Of a stretch of 64,000 bases of DNA, positions 20,082 to 29,250 are shown in pieces. This DNA is from an uncultured Chloroflexia bacterium. Lineage in GTDB: Bacteria > Chloroflexota > Limnocylindria > Limnocylindrales > CSP1-4. The first letter of the stretch is position 1, and every line of letters begins with the position of its first letter. The notes under the pieces were generated by a model. That model saw only the letters and a list, made by a program, of their open reading frames with translations, did no database searches and had not been told where the DNA came from. The stretch lies in contig OY970218.1 in the NCBI GenBank assembly GCA_963713975.1, positions 896,001-960,000 of the forward strand. The letters run 5' to 3'. The position numbers and the translations under genes are program-made.

Positions 20082-21257
20082 ATGACCGCGTCCCGCGTTC
20101 GACCGGCCCTCGTCGCCTGGCTGCTCGCCATCCTCGTGATCGCGCTGAGCGGCTGGGTGCTGTTGCCGTTCCCGCGCCCTCCCACGGGCTGGGAGGAGGT
20201 CGCGTGGATCATTGGGTTCGGCGTCGGGTTCACGACCATTGGCGCGCTCCTCGTCGATCGTCGTCCCCACGAACCGGTCTCCCGGATCACGCTTGGCATC
20301 GGCTTGATCGTCGTCGCGGCGGTTGGGCTGCGGGCGCTGGCCGTGGCGCTCGATGCGCGGCCCGGAGACCTGCCGGCAGCCGGAGCGCTGGCAGCCGCCC
20401 TGTCCGCGGTGCTCCAGGCCATCGCGTTCCTCGCATCGGGCAGCTTTCTGCTGGTCCGTTTCCCAAACGGGCGCGAGCGCGGCCGCCTGTCAGCTTCGGT
20501 TGATGCGCTGGTCGTGCTGATCGGGACTGCGGCAGTGCTCAACGTATTCGCCCCAGGCCGGATCGCCGTGGACTACCTGTCCCCGACGGAGAACCCGATC
20601 GGCATCGAGCGGCTCGATCCCGCGCTGTTCAAGGCGATCGGGACCCTCGCCCTCGCCGCCTACGCCGTGAGCCTGGTGCTCGCGGTCGTCGTCGTCGCTC
20701 GCCGCTACCGGCGTTCCGACCCGGTCGCCCGTGCCCAGATTCGATGGGTCGCGGCGGCGGGCCTCCTGCCCGTGGTGCTCGCGCCGCTCATCTTCACGTC
20801 CGAGTGGATGTGGACGGTCTGGCTCCTCTCGACCGCCCTGCTGCCCGTTGCGATCGGCATTTCGATCCTGCGCTACCACCTGTTCGACATCGACCGGATC
20901 GTCAGCCGCTCGCTCGCGTACGCGATCGTGACCGCCGTCCTGGCCGTGACGTTCCTCGGCACGAACCTCGTCCTCCAGGCGCTGATCGCGGACACCCTCG
21001 CGGCCGGCACGTTCGCGGTCGCCGCGTCCACGCTCGTGGTGGCGGCGCTGTTCCAGCCTGTGCGGGGCCGGGTCCAGGCGCTGCTGGACCGACGGTTCAA
21101 CCGGCGTCGGGTCGACGGCGACCGTATCGCCCGCGCGTTTGCCACCGGTCTCCGCGACCGCGTCGACCTCGACGAGGTCCGGGCGGCGATGCTCGCCGCG
21201 GCGGACGAGGCCGTCGCCCCCGCGTCGCACGGCCTGTGGATCCGGAGCGCCGGATGA
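20082..21257 (+). CDS. multi-pass membrane sensor-like protein 1 ending in truncated GAF N-part
   Basis: About 10 hydrophobic segments; FPNGR, ENPIG, RAQIRW, ILRYHLFDID, LFQP.R.RVQ..DRRFNR, ends ...ASHGLWIR. Confidence 0.8.
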   Translation: MTASRVRPALVAWLLAILVIALSGWVLLPFPRPPTGWEEVAWIIGFGVGFTTIGALLVDRRPHEPVSRITLGIGLIVVAAVGLRALAVALDARPGDLPAAGALAAALSAVLQAIAFLASGSFLLVRFPNGRERGRLSASVDALVVLIGTAAVLNVFAPGRIAVDYLSPTENPIGIERLDPALFKAIGTLALAAYAVSLVLAVVVVARRYRRSDPVARAQIRWVAAAGLLPVVLAPLIFTSEWMWTVWLLSTALLPVAIGISILRYHLFDIDRIVSRSLAYAIVTAVLAVTFLGTNLVLQALIADTLAAGTFAVAASTLVVAALFQPVRGRVQALLDRRFNRRRVDGDRIARAFATGLRDRVDLDEVRAAMLAAADEAVAPASHGLWIRSAG

Positions 21258-22408
21258 TGCCGCGTGGCCTGACGCTCGTGCTCGCGTCGATCTCGCTGCT
21301 CACGCTCGGCGCCAGCGTGGTCCTGTTCGCCGCCGTCGATTACGCGAGCGCCGAGCTACTCATCTTCACGCCATCGGTCGCGGCCTTCGTCGTCATCGGT
21401 GCGTTCGTGCTGCAACGGCAGCCGTCGAGCGTCGTCGGCGTGCTGCTGCTCGTGTTCGGCGTGGGCGGGAGCGTCATCTACCCGCTGGCTGCCATCGGCG
21501 CGGCGCCAGCCGGCACGCCCTCGGCGGACGTCGCCGGCGCCTTCGTCCAGGCACTGGACCCGATGACCTACGCGACCGTCTCGCTCCTCCTGCTCGTGTT
21601 CCCCGATGGCCGTCTGCCATCGGCGCGCTGGCGACCCCTCGTCGCGATGGTCGCGGTCGGGTTCGCCCTCAGCGTGGTGGGCAACCTGACGACGCCGGGG
21701 GCGCTGCTCGTCTTCCCGCAGCATGAGAACCCCGTCGGGGTGGCGTCGCCGGTGCTCACCGCCGCGGGAGCGGTCGGGTACATCCTCGCGACCGTCTCGA
21801 TGCTCGCTGCCGCGGCCTCGCTCGTCGTCCGCTGGCGGCGCGGCTCGGCCCTCGAGCGGGCGCAACTCAAGTGGATCGCCGCGTCGGGGCTGCTCCTGGC
21901 GTTCGTCTCGGCCCTGTACTTGATCTCGTTCTTCCTATGGGCGGTCGCGCTCCTCCCGCTCGTCGCGTCCTCGATCTCGTTCACGCTGTTCCCGGCGACG
22001 GTCGCGATCGCGGTCCTCCGCTACCGGCTGTTCGAGATCGACCGGATCTTGAGCCGGACGATCGGATGGGCGATCGTGACCGGACTCCTGCTGGCCGTGT
22101 TCGCGGGTGCCGTCGTCGGGCTGCAGGCCGTCCTTGCGCCGGTGACGGCGAACAACACCCTTGCGGTCGCCGCGTCCACGCTCGTCGCGGCGGCGCTGTT
22201 CCAGCCGCTGCGCGCCCGTGTCCAGCACGGCGTCGACCGCCGCTTCAACCGGTCCCGGGTTGACGCGGACCGGGCGGTGGCAAGGTTCGTGGACCACGCC
22301 CGGAACGAGGTTGACCTGGCCCGGCTCAGAGCGGCCCTCGTCGCCACCGCCGATGACGCCGTCCATCCGTCCGACGGGGCAGTCTGGCTCCGGGGGGTCG
22401 CTCAATGA
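21254..22408 (+). CDS. multi-pass membrane sensor-like protein 2 (paralog)
   Basis: FPDGRLPS.RWR, ENPVG, RAQLKW, LRYRLFEID, DRRFNR, ends ...DGAVWLR; ATGA overlap. Confidence 0.8.
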   Translation: MMPRGLTLVLASISLLTLGASVVLFAAVDYASAELLIFTPSVAAFVVIGAFVLQRQPSSVVGVLLLVFGVGGSVIYPLAAIGAAPAGTPSADVAGAFVQALDPMTYATVSLLLLVFPDGRLPSARWRPLVAMVAVGFALSVVGNLTTPGALLVFPQHENPVGVASPVLTAAGAVGYILATVSMLAAAASLVVRWRRGSALERAQLKWIAASGLLLAFVSALYLISFFLWAVALLPLVASSISFTLFPATVAIAVLRYRLFEIDRILSRTIGWAIVTGLLLAVFAGAVVGLQAVLAPVTANNTLAVAASTLVAAALFQPLRARVQHGVDRRFNRSRVDADRAVARFVDHARNEVDLARLRAALVATADDAVHPSDGAVWLRGVAQ

Positions 22409-23646
22409 ATGCACGTCCGACCCCGACCAGGACCCACGTCGCGAGGCCTGGGCTCCGGCTGCTCATAGTCGTGGTGATCGCGATCTCGGTGGTGGCCACG
22501 GTCTCACAGCTCGTGACGGAGCCACGCACGCGGATCAACAGCGTCCTGTTCCTGGTGGCGACCCTGAGCTACCTGGGCGTTGGGCTGGTGCTCGCGGAGC
22601 GCCGGCGCGGCAATCTCGTCGGCGCCCTGGTCCTGCTCCTCGGCGTGTTCTTCGCGAGCTACGTCACGATCGATGCCTACCTTCGCCAGGCGGACCGTCC
22701 CGAAGGCGCCGTTGCGGTGAGCCTTGCGTTGGGCGTGAGCCTCATCGACGGACCCATGTTCTTCGCCGTCGCGATGCTGTTCCTGGTGTTTCCGGACGGA
22801 CGCCTTCCGTCATCGAGATGGCGTGCGCTCGTCGTCGCCTCTGGGGTGTTCGCAAGCCTCACGTTCCTCGGGGCACTCCTCCGGCCGGGCGCGTTCCTGT
22901 TCTACACCTGGTTCGATAACCCGCTCGATCCTCCGCCGAACCTCCTCACCGACACCTGGGATCCGATGTACGGGCTCACGGTGGGCTGCGTCGTGCTGGC
23001 TGCGTTGTCCCTGGTCAGCAGATGGCGACGCGCCGGCGCCGTCGAACGTGCCCAGCTCAAGTGGGTGGCAGCCGCGGCATCGCTCGTCGGGCTTGCCATG
23101 GTGACCTATGGGCTCGGTGCCGGACCTACCAACTACTCAGACGTCGGTGACATGACCGTCGGCGCGGCCTTCTCCCTGTTCCCGATCGCAATTGGCATTG
23201 CCGTGCTCCGCTATCGCCTGTTCGAGATCGACCGGCTCATCAGCAGGACGCTGGGCTGGGCGATCGTGACGGCGATCCTGGTGGCGTCGTTCGCGGCGAT
23301 TGTCGTCGGCCTCCAGGCGGTGCTGAGCGGCGTCACCCAGGGGGAGACGCTTGCCGTCGCGGCCTCCACGCTTGTTGCCTTCGCGCTCGTCCAGCCGCTC
23401 CATCGCCGCATCCAGCGGACCGTCGATCACAGGTTCAACCGGTCGCGCGTGAATGCCGAACGCACGATCGCCGCGTTCGGCGAGCGGCTGCGCGACGAGG
23501 TTGACCTGGCTGCGATCAGCGCCCAGGTCCCGGCGACTGCCGACGCGGCGGTGCAGCCATCCAGCGTCGGTCTCTGGCTGCGCCGCGGGACGGCTGGCGA
23601 TCTCGTAACGATGTCCGAACGCCCGAGCACGAGCATGCGCACATGA
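22405..23646 (+). CDS. multi-pass membrane sensor-like protein 3 (paralog)
   Basis: FPDGRLPS.RWR, DNPL, RAQLKW, LRYRLFEID, RLRDEVDL, ...SVGLWLR; ATGA overlaps at both ends. Confidence 0.8.
   Translation: MNARPTPTRTHVARPGLRLLIVVVIAISVVATVSQLVTEPRTRINSVLFLVATLSYLGVGLVLAERRRGNLVGALVLLLGVFFASYVTIDAYLRQADRPEGAVAVSLALGVSLIDGPMFFAVAMLFLVFPDGRLPSSRWRALVVASGVFASLTFLGALLRPGAFLFYTWFDNPLDPPPNLLTDTWDPMYGLTVGCVVLAALSLVSRWRRAGAVERAQLKWVAAAASLVGLAMVTYGLGAGPTNYSDVGDMTVGAAFSLFPIAIGIAVLRYRLFEIDRLISRTLGWAIVTAILVASFAAIVVGLQAVLSGVTQGETLAVAASTLVAFALVQPLHRRIQRTVDHRFNRSRVNAERTIAAFGERLRDEVDLAAISAQVPATADAAVQPSSVGLWLRRGTAGDLVTMSERPSTSMRT
23604..23636 (+). promoter_or_regulatory. internal paired heptamer (CGTAACG-N4-CCGAACG) + -10-like GAGCAT
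   Basis: Within the 3' end of sensor 3, 6 nt before ATG 23643. Confidence 0.55.
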
Positions 23647-25304
23647 CAGCAATCAGCCGTCCGTTTCGCCGCCTGATCGGCCGTCCTGTGGCCGAGGCCG
23701 TGGCCGCCCCGGTGCCGTCCGCGGCCGCCACGGTGGAGCAGCCCGGCGTGGCGATCGACATCCCCGAGACGGACCCCCTGTTCGCCTACCTCCAGGCCGC
23801 GCCGGGCCCCGTCGACCTGACGAGGCTCGAGCTCGGCTCAGCGGCCCTCGACCACCTCCGTGAAGCCGGCGTCGCGCTCGTCGTGCCGCTGGTGACCCAG
23901 GGCGAGCTGATCGGGACCCTGAACCTCGGGCCGCGCCTGTCCGAGCAGGACTACTCCACCGACGATCGCCGTCTCCTGGCCACCCTCGCCGCTCAGGCGG
24001 CGCCCGCGATCCGCGTCGCCCAGCTGGTCCGCGAGCAGGCAGCCGAGGCCGCCGAGCGCGAGCGATACGAGCAGGAGCTCAAGGTCGCCCAGCTCATCCA
24101 GCAGCAGTTCCTGCCGCGCGAGCTGCCGAACCTGCGCGAATGGCAGATCGCCGCGTACTACGGCCCGGCGCGGGTCGTCGGCGGGGACTTCTACGACTTC
24201 ATCGACCTCGGGGAGGGGCGCATCGGCGTCGTCGTCGGCGACGTCACCGACAAGGGCGTCCCAGCTGCCCTCGTCATGGCCCGCACCCACTCGATCCTCC
24301 GGGCCGAGGCCCCGCGGCTCATCGAGCCCGGCAAGGTGCTCGCCCGCGCCAACGAGCTGCTCACGCCGGAGATGCCCGCCCGGATGTTCGTCACCTGTCT
24401 CTACGGCGTGCTCGAGCCCGAGAGCGGCCGCTTCACCTTCGCAAACGCCGGCCACAACCTGCCGTACCTCAGGACCGCGGATGGCGTCATCGAGCTGCGG
24501 GCGACCGGCCTGCCGCTGGGCCTGATGCCCGGGATCGTCTACGAGGAGACAGACAGCGTCATCGGCCAGGGCGACGCGATGCTGCTCTACTCCGACGGGC
24601 TTGTGGAGCAGCACGGTCCCGGTCGCGAGATGTACGGCTTCCCGCGCCTGCGTGAGGCGATGGCCACCGACGACGCCGGGAGCGTGCTCCTCGACCGCCT
24701 GCTCGATGAGCTGCATGCCTTCACCGGGTCGGCTTGGGAGCAGGAGGACGACATCACGCTCGTCACCCTCCGCCGCTCGGCGGGCGTGGCCGACATGTTC
24801 GCCGCAGACGGCCCGGGCGTGCCCCTCACCCGAGACGATGCCGCCGCCGAGGAGTTCCCCCAGGATGCCGAGCCGCTCATCGCATTCACGGTCGAGGGCG
24901 CCATCGGCAACGAGCGGGGTGCGATGCAGCGGGTTGCCGACGCGGTCGCCCCGCTGGGCCTCGAGCCCGCGCGACTCGAGCGCCTCAAGACCGCGGTCGC
25001 CGAGACTGTGATGAACGCCATCGAGTACGGCTCGCAAGGCAGTCCCGACGTTCCGGTCGACGTCCGGGTCGACGTCGACGACGCGGCCATCCGCGTCCGC
25101 GTGACCGACCGCGCGCTCTCGGGTCCCGTCCCGGACGCCGAGATGCCGGATCTGGACGCGAAGCTCGAGGGTCGCCAGAAGCCCAGGGGCTGGGGCCTGT
25201 TCCTCATCCGCCACATGGTCGACGGCATGGATGTGCACGCCGAGGACGGCCTCCAGACCGTGACCCTCACCATCGCCCGAACCCCCCAAGGAGGTGCGTC
25301 GTGA
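23643..25304 (+). CDS. partial GAF + SpoIIE/RsbU PP2C phosphatase + RsbW-like HATPase fusion
   Basis: LVVPLVTQGELIGTLNLG (GAF C-part); VGGDFYD, GDVTDKG, NAGH, YSDGLVE, DDIT (PP2C); ETVMNAIEYG, RGWGLFLI (HATPase). Confidence 0.9.
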   Translation: MTAISRPFRRLIGRPVAEAVAAPVPSAAATVEQPGVAIDIPETDPLFAYLQAAPGPVDLTRLELGSAALDHLREAGVALVVPLVTQGELIGTLNLGPRLSEQDYSTDDRRLLATLAAQAAPAIRVAQLVREQAAEAAERERYEQELKVAQLIQQQFLPRELPNLREWQIAAYYGPARVVGGDFYDFIDLGEGRIGVVVGDVTDKGVPAALVMARTHSILRAEAPRLIEPGKVLARANELLTPEMPARMFVTCLYGVLEPESGRFTFANAGHNLPYLRTADGVIELRATGLPLGLMPGIVYEETDSVIGQGDAMLLYSDGLVEQHGPGREMYGFPRLREAMATDDAGSVLLDRLLDELHAFTGSAWEQEDDITLVTLRRSAGVADMFAADGPGVPLTRDDAAAEEFPQDAEPLIAFTVEGAIGNERGAMQRVADAVAPLGLEPARLERLKTAVAETVMNAIEYGSQGSPDVPVDVRVDVDDAAIRVRVTDRALSGPVPDAEMPDLDAKLEGRQKPRGWGLFLIRHMVDGMDVHAEDGLQTVTLTIARTPQGGAS

Positions 25305-25660
25305 CCGACCGCCTGTCCATCGAGATCATCACCGCCATCCCCGGCGAGGCCCGCCTGGCGATGCGTGGAGATGTCGACGTCGCCGCGGACGAAGTCCTCT
25401 CCGCGGCATACACGGAGGCCGCGGCCGCCGGCGCAACCCGCGTGGTCCTCGACTTCGGCAATGTCGACTACATCAACTCGACCGGCATCGCGCTCATCGT
25501 CCGGCTCCTGGCGGAAGCGCGTCGCGACCACCGCGAGGTGATCGCGCTCGGGCTGTCCGAGCACTACCGGGAGATCTTCCGGATCACGCGCCTGTCCGAC
25601 TACCTCACGATCGCCGACGGCCTGCCGGCGACGCCCGTCCCCGAGGAGGCAGCCCGATGA
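25301..25660 (+). CDS. STAS anti-anti-sigma factor (RsbV-like) 1
   Basis: VLDFGNVDYINSTGI, IFRITRL; AAGGAGG SD. Confidence 0.9.
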   Translation: MTDRLSIEIITAIPGEARLAMRGDVDVAADEVLSAAYTEAAAAGATRVVLDFGNVDYINSTGIALIVRLLAEARRDHREVIALGLSEHYREIFRITRLSDYLTIADGLPATPVPEEAAR

Positions 25661-25998
25661 CCGACACCACCGTGGACGAGACCCGGGATGGATCGACCGC
25701 GATCCTGCGGATCCATGGCGAGATCACCGGGGGCAGCGAGCCTCCGATCATGGCGGCCTACGCCGAGGCCGGCGACGCCCGATCGATCGTCCTGGACTTC
25801 AGCGATCTCGACTACATGAACAGCGGTGGGATCGGCCTGCTGGTCACCTTGCTGGTCCGTGCGCAGCGCGCCGGTCAGAAGCTCCTGGCGATCGGTCTGA
25901 GCGACCACTACAAGCAAATCCTCGCCCTCACCCGCCTCGACGAGGCGATCGCGATCCACGACGACGAGACCGCCGCGCTGGCCGCTGCGTCCGCCTGA
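25657..25998 (+). CDS. STAS anti-anti-sigma factor (RsbV-like) 2
   Basis: VLDFSDLDYMNSGGI, ILALTRL; GAGGAGG SD. Confidence 0.9.
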   Translation: MTDTTVDETRDGSTAILRIHGEITGGSEPPIMAAYAEAGDARSIVLDFSDLDYMNSGGIGLLVTLLVRAQRAGQKLLAIGLSDHYKQILALTRLDEAIAIHDDETAALAAASA

Positions 25999-26047
25999 TC
26001 TCCGCGGCCCGCCAGGGCCTGCGCCCCATCGAGAACGGAGAACCGCG

Positions 26048-26791
26048 ATGACCACTCCTGATCCCCGCGCGCCCCGTGACCAGGAATCCTGGGCCCGGCC
26101 CGTCGACCGCCTGACCACCACCGCCACCGGCGCCGGCTCCGACACCGTCACCGGCAAGCGCGTCGCCGGCCCCGTCCAGGGCTTCGGCCAGATGTGGCAG
26201 AAGACGTTCGCGATCCGCGTGCCCGGCGATGAGCACTCGCCCGAGGAGGTGATCTCGCACTGGAAGGAGAGGTTCCCGACGTTCTGGCCGAAGGGCGCGA
26301 CGTTCTACGCGCCGCTCGCCGGTATCTCGCCGGGCGAGGTCGCGCTGCTCGAGATCCCGCCCGTGCCGGGTTCCCCGGTCAAGATGTCCACCGGCGTGAT
26401 GGTGATCTACGCTGACCGCGAGTCGTTCACCTTCATGACCCCGGAAGGGCACGCGCTGGCCGCATGGATCACCTTCTCCGCATACCGGGACGGCGACGAG
26501 ACCGTCGCCCAGGCACAGGCGCTCGAGCGCACCAGCGATCCGCTGATCGAACTGACCTATATCTTCGGCGCGAACCGGTCGAACGACGCGTTCTGGGAGA
26601 AGACGCTGGCCAACCTCGCACGGTCGCTCGGCGTCACGTCGCCGGTCGTCGAGACCACGAAGGTCTGCGTCGACAAGCGACGCCAGTGGAAGCACGCGGG
26701 CAACGTGCGGCACTCGCCGGCGGTGCACATGACGGTGTCCACGATCACGGCGCCGGCGCGCTGGGTCCGGCGTCGGAGGACGACGAGCTGA
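26048..26791 (+). CDS. conserved hypothetical protein (possibly DUF1990/SRPBCC-like)
   Basis: FTFMTPEGH..A.WITF motif resembles DUF1990-like proteins; GGAG SD. Confidence 0.6.
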   Translation: MTTPDPRAPRDQESWARPVDRLTTTATGAGSDTVTGKRVAGPVQGFGQMWQKTFAIRVPGDEHSPEEVISHWKERFPTFWPKGATFYAPLAGISPGEVALLEIPPVPGSPVKMSTGVMVIYADRESFTFMTPEGHALAAWITFSAYRDGDETVAQAQALERTSDPLIELTYIFGANRSNDAFWEKTLANLARSLGVTSPVVETTKVCVDKRRQWKHAGNVRHSPAVHMTVSTITAPARWVRRRRTTS

Positions 26792-26822
26792 CCTCGCGGT
26801 GGCGCCGATCGGGCCCTCGTCC

Positions 26823-28247
26823 ATGAGCTCGCTCGACGCGATCGTCGTCGGGGCAGGACCCAACGGCCTCGCGGCCGCCATCGAGCTGGCGCGTGCCGGC
26901 CGGTCGGTCCGGGTCTACGAGGCTTCGGACACGATCGGCGGCGGCACGCGCTCGGCCGAGGTGACGCTGCCGGGGTTCATCCACGACGTCTGTGCCTCGG
27001 TCCACCCGTTGAGCCTGGCATCGCCGTTCCTCCGGTCGCTGGACCTGGAGCGACACGGGCTGGAATGGGTGCACCCCGACGCGCCGGTCGCACACGCCCT
27101 CGCGCCCGGTCGCAGCGTCGTGCTGGAGCGGGATCTCGCGGCGGTCGACGACGCGCTCGAGCGTGATGCGGACGCCTGGCGGCGTCTCTACGGCCCGTAC
27201 GTCCGCGAGTGGAAGCAACTCGTGCCGGCGATCCTGTCGCCGGTCGTCCGGCCCCCTCGGCACCCGATCCTCATGGCACGGTTCGGGCTCCCGGCGCTCC
27301 TCCCCGCGACGTCGCTCGCACGGCTGGCGTTCGCTGAGCCGGCTGCGCGGGCGTTGTTCGCGGGCATGGCCGCCCACTCGATGCTCCGCCTGGGACAGCC
27401 GATGAGCGCGTCCTTCGGCCTGGTCCTGGGCCTGCTCGCCCATGCCGTCGGCTGGCCGATCGCGAGGGGTGGCAGCGGTGCGATCGCCGCAGCGCTCGAG
27501 GCGGAGGCTCGATCCCTTGGCGTGGAGCTCGTGACCGGCCACCGCGTCGATGCCGTCGCAGACCTTCCCCGCGCGGGCGCGTACGTGCTCGACGTGACAC
27601 CCCGCCAGGTCCTGGCCATGGCCGGCGACCGGCTGCCCGCGGGCTATCGCCGCCAGCTCGAGGGCTTCCGCTACGGCCCCGGGGTGTTCAAGGTCGACTG
27701 GGCGCTGGACGGACCGATCCCGTGGGCCGATCCCGCAACGGCCCGTGCCGGGACGGTCCACCTCGGTGGCACCTACCGGGAGATCGCGGCCTCCGAGGAG
27801 GCCGTCGGCCGCGGCAGACACGCGGATCGGCCGTACGTCCTGCTCGTCCAGCCCACGATCGCGGACCGCTCGCGGGCCCCGCAGGGCAAGCACGTGGCGT
27901 GGGCGTACTGCCACGTTCCCAACGGCTCGACGGAGGACATGACCGGCACCATCGAGGCGCAGATCGAGCGGTTCGCACCGGGCTTCCGGGATCTCGTCCT
28001 CGCCCGCGCCACCAAGGACTCGGTCGCAATGGAGGCGTGGGACGCCAACTACGTTGGCGGCGACATCAACGGCGGCATCGGGGACTGGCGCCAGCTGCTG
28101 TTCCGCCCGGTCGTCCGCTGGAACCCTTACACGACGCCAGACCCGGCGATCTTCCTGTGCTCGTCCTCCACGCCACCCGGCGGTGGTGTCCATGGCATGA
28201 GCGGACACCATGCCGCACGCGCGGTGATCGCACGGCGGTATCGTTGA
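26823..28247 (+). CDS. FAD-dependent oxidoreductase, phytoene dehydrogenase-like
   Basis: AIVVGAGPNGLAAA, HDVCASVHP, GGDINGG, STPPGGGVHGMSG. Confidence 0.88.
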   Translation: MSSLDAIVVGAGPNGLAAAIELARAGRSVRVYEASDTIGGGTRSAEVTLPGFIHDVCASVHPLSLASPFLRSLDLERHGLEWVHPDAPVAHALAPGRSVVLERDLAAVDDALERDADAWRRLYGPYVREWKQLVPAILSPVVRPPRHPILMARFGLPALLPATSLARLAFAEPAARALFAGMAAHSMLRLGQPMSASFGLVLGLLAHAVGWPIARGGSGAIAAALEAEARSLGVELVTGHRVDAVADLPRAGAYVLDVTPRQVLAMAGDRLPAGYRRQLEGFRYGPGVFKVDWALDGPIPWADPATARAGTVHLGGTYREIAASEEAVGRGRHADRPYVLLVQPTIADRSRAPQGKHVAWAYCHVPNGSTEDMTGTIEAQIERFAPGFRDLVLARATKDSVAMEAWDANYVGGDINGGIGDWRQLLFRPVVRWNPYTTPDPAIFLCSSSTPPGGGVHGMSGHHAARAVIARRYR

Positions 28248-28251
28248 GCCA

Positions 28252-28938
28252 ATGGACGACGGGCGCGCGACGGCGACGGCCAGGAAAGCGCGCCGTGCCA
28301 CGCCCCCGAAGGGCTGGCAGTTCTCGCGTCCGGCGATCGTCGCGCGTGAGATCACGGCCCGCCTCATCGGCCCGTTCATCGGCTGGTTTCTGGTGGGGCC
28401 GCGGGTCGTGGGCCGGGAGCACCTCGCCTCCCTGGGGGGTCCGTCCCTGATCTGTCCCAGCCATGCGAGCCATTTCGACTTCTCGGCGCTCCGCCTGGCC
28501 CTCGGCCCCAGGCATCGGCAGCGTCTGACCGCGGCGGCCGCGGCCGACTACTTCGCCACGAAACGCTCCCGCTGGTTCGTCGCCGCCTGGCTCGGCGCGT
28601 TCGCCTTCAACCGGACGGGACGCGGTGCCGATTCGATCGCTGCCGCGGAGGGTCTGCTGCAGGCCGGCTGGCACGTCGTCCTGTTCCCGGAGGGGACGCG
28701 GACCGTGACCGGCGAGATCAACCCGTTCCAACCGGGCATCGGGCTGCTGGCGAGGCACACGGGATGCCAGGTGCTGCCGGTCCGGATCATCGGGATCCGT
28801 GGCGTGCTGCCCAAGGGCGCGCAGAGGCCGAGGCGGTCGCCCGTGGAGGTGCGCTTCGGTGCCCCGCTCCGCGCGCTGCCGGGCGAGGACGCCCGTGCGT
28901 TCACCGCCCGCCTGGAGGCGGCCGTCCGCGCGTTGTGA
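28252..28938 (+). CDS. lysophospholipid acyltransferase (PlsC family)
   Basis: SHASHFD (HX4D), LFPEGTR, VLPVRI. Confidence 0.88.
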   Translation: MDDGRATATARKARRATPPKGWQFSRPAIVAREITARLIGPFIGWFLVGPRVVGREHLASLGGPSLICPSHASHFDFSALRLALGPRHRQRLTAAAAADYFATKRSRWFVAAWLGAFAFNRTGRGADSIAAAEGLLQAGWHVVLFPEGTRTVTGEINPFQPGIGLLARHTGCQVLPVRIIGIRGVLPKGAQRPRRSPVEVRFGAPLRALPGEDARAFTARLEAAVRAL

Positions 28939-28948
28939 CGGAGCATGG

Positions 28949-28983
28949 TTGACGTCTACCCTTGACTGGGTACACTTCTACCC
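28949..28983 (+). promoter_or_regulatory. vapBC promoter with TCTACCC direct repeats (putative operator)
   Basis: TTGACG 28949, TACACT 28971, TCTACCC at 28955 and 28977, ATG 28984. Confidence 0.6.
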
Positions 28984-29250
28984 ATGGGCCTCAACATCAA
29001 GAACGAGGAGACCATCCGGCTGGTGCGCGAGCTGGCGGACGAGCTCCATGTGTCCATGACCGCTGCGATCACGGTGGCAGTCCGGGCGCGCCTCGAGCAG
29101 CTCCGCGAACGGGAGGCTGACGAAGACCTGGCGGCCGACTTCGAGCGCGGACTGGCGATCCTGCGTGAGATGCGCGAACTGATGGGCGAGGAGTACTTGA
29201 GCCAGGACTTCGATGCGCTGCTCTACGACGAGGCAGGGCTGCCGAAATGA
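28984..29250 (+). CDS. vapB: VapB antitoxin (Rv0623/VapB30-like)
   Basis: MGLNIKNEE...LVRELA...SMTAAI..AVR..L; ends LYDEAGLPK. Confidence 0.88.
   Translation: MGLNIKNEETIRLVRELADELHVSMTAAITVAVRARLEQLREREADEDLAADFERGLAILREMRELMGEEYLSQDFDALLYDEAGLPK

Noticed and set aside
20082-23646. Sensor paralogs as pseudogenes of histidine kinases
   Set aside because: All three are intact, translationally coupled and end at the same structural position; no kinase remnants follow
26823-28247. Carotenoid biosynthesis cluster
   Set aside because: No crtB/crtE/cyclase nearby; belongs to the broad phytoene-dehydrogenase-like family
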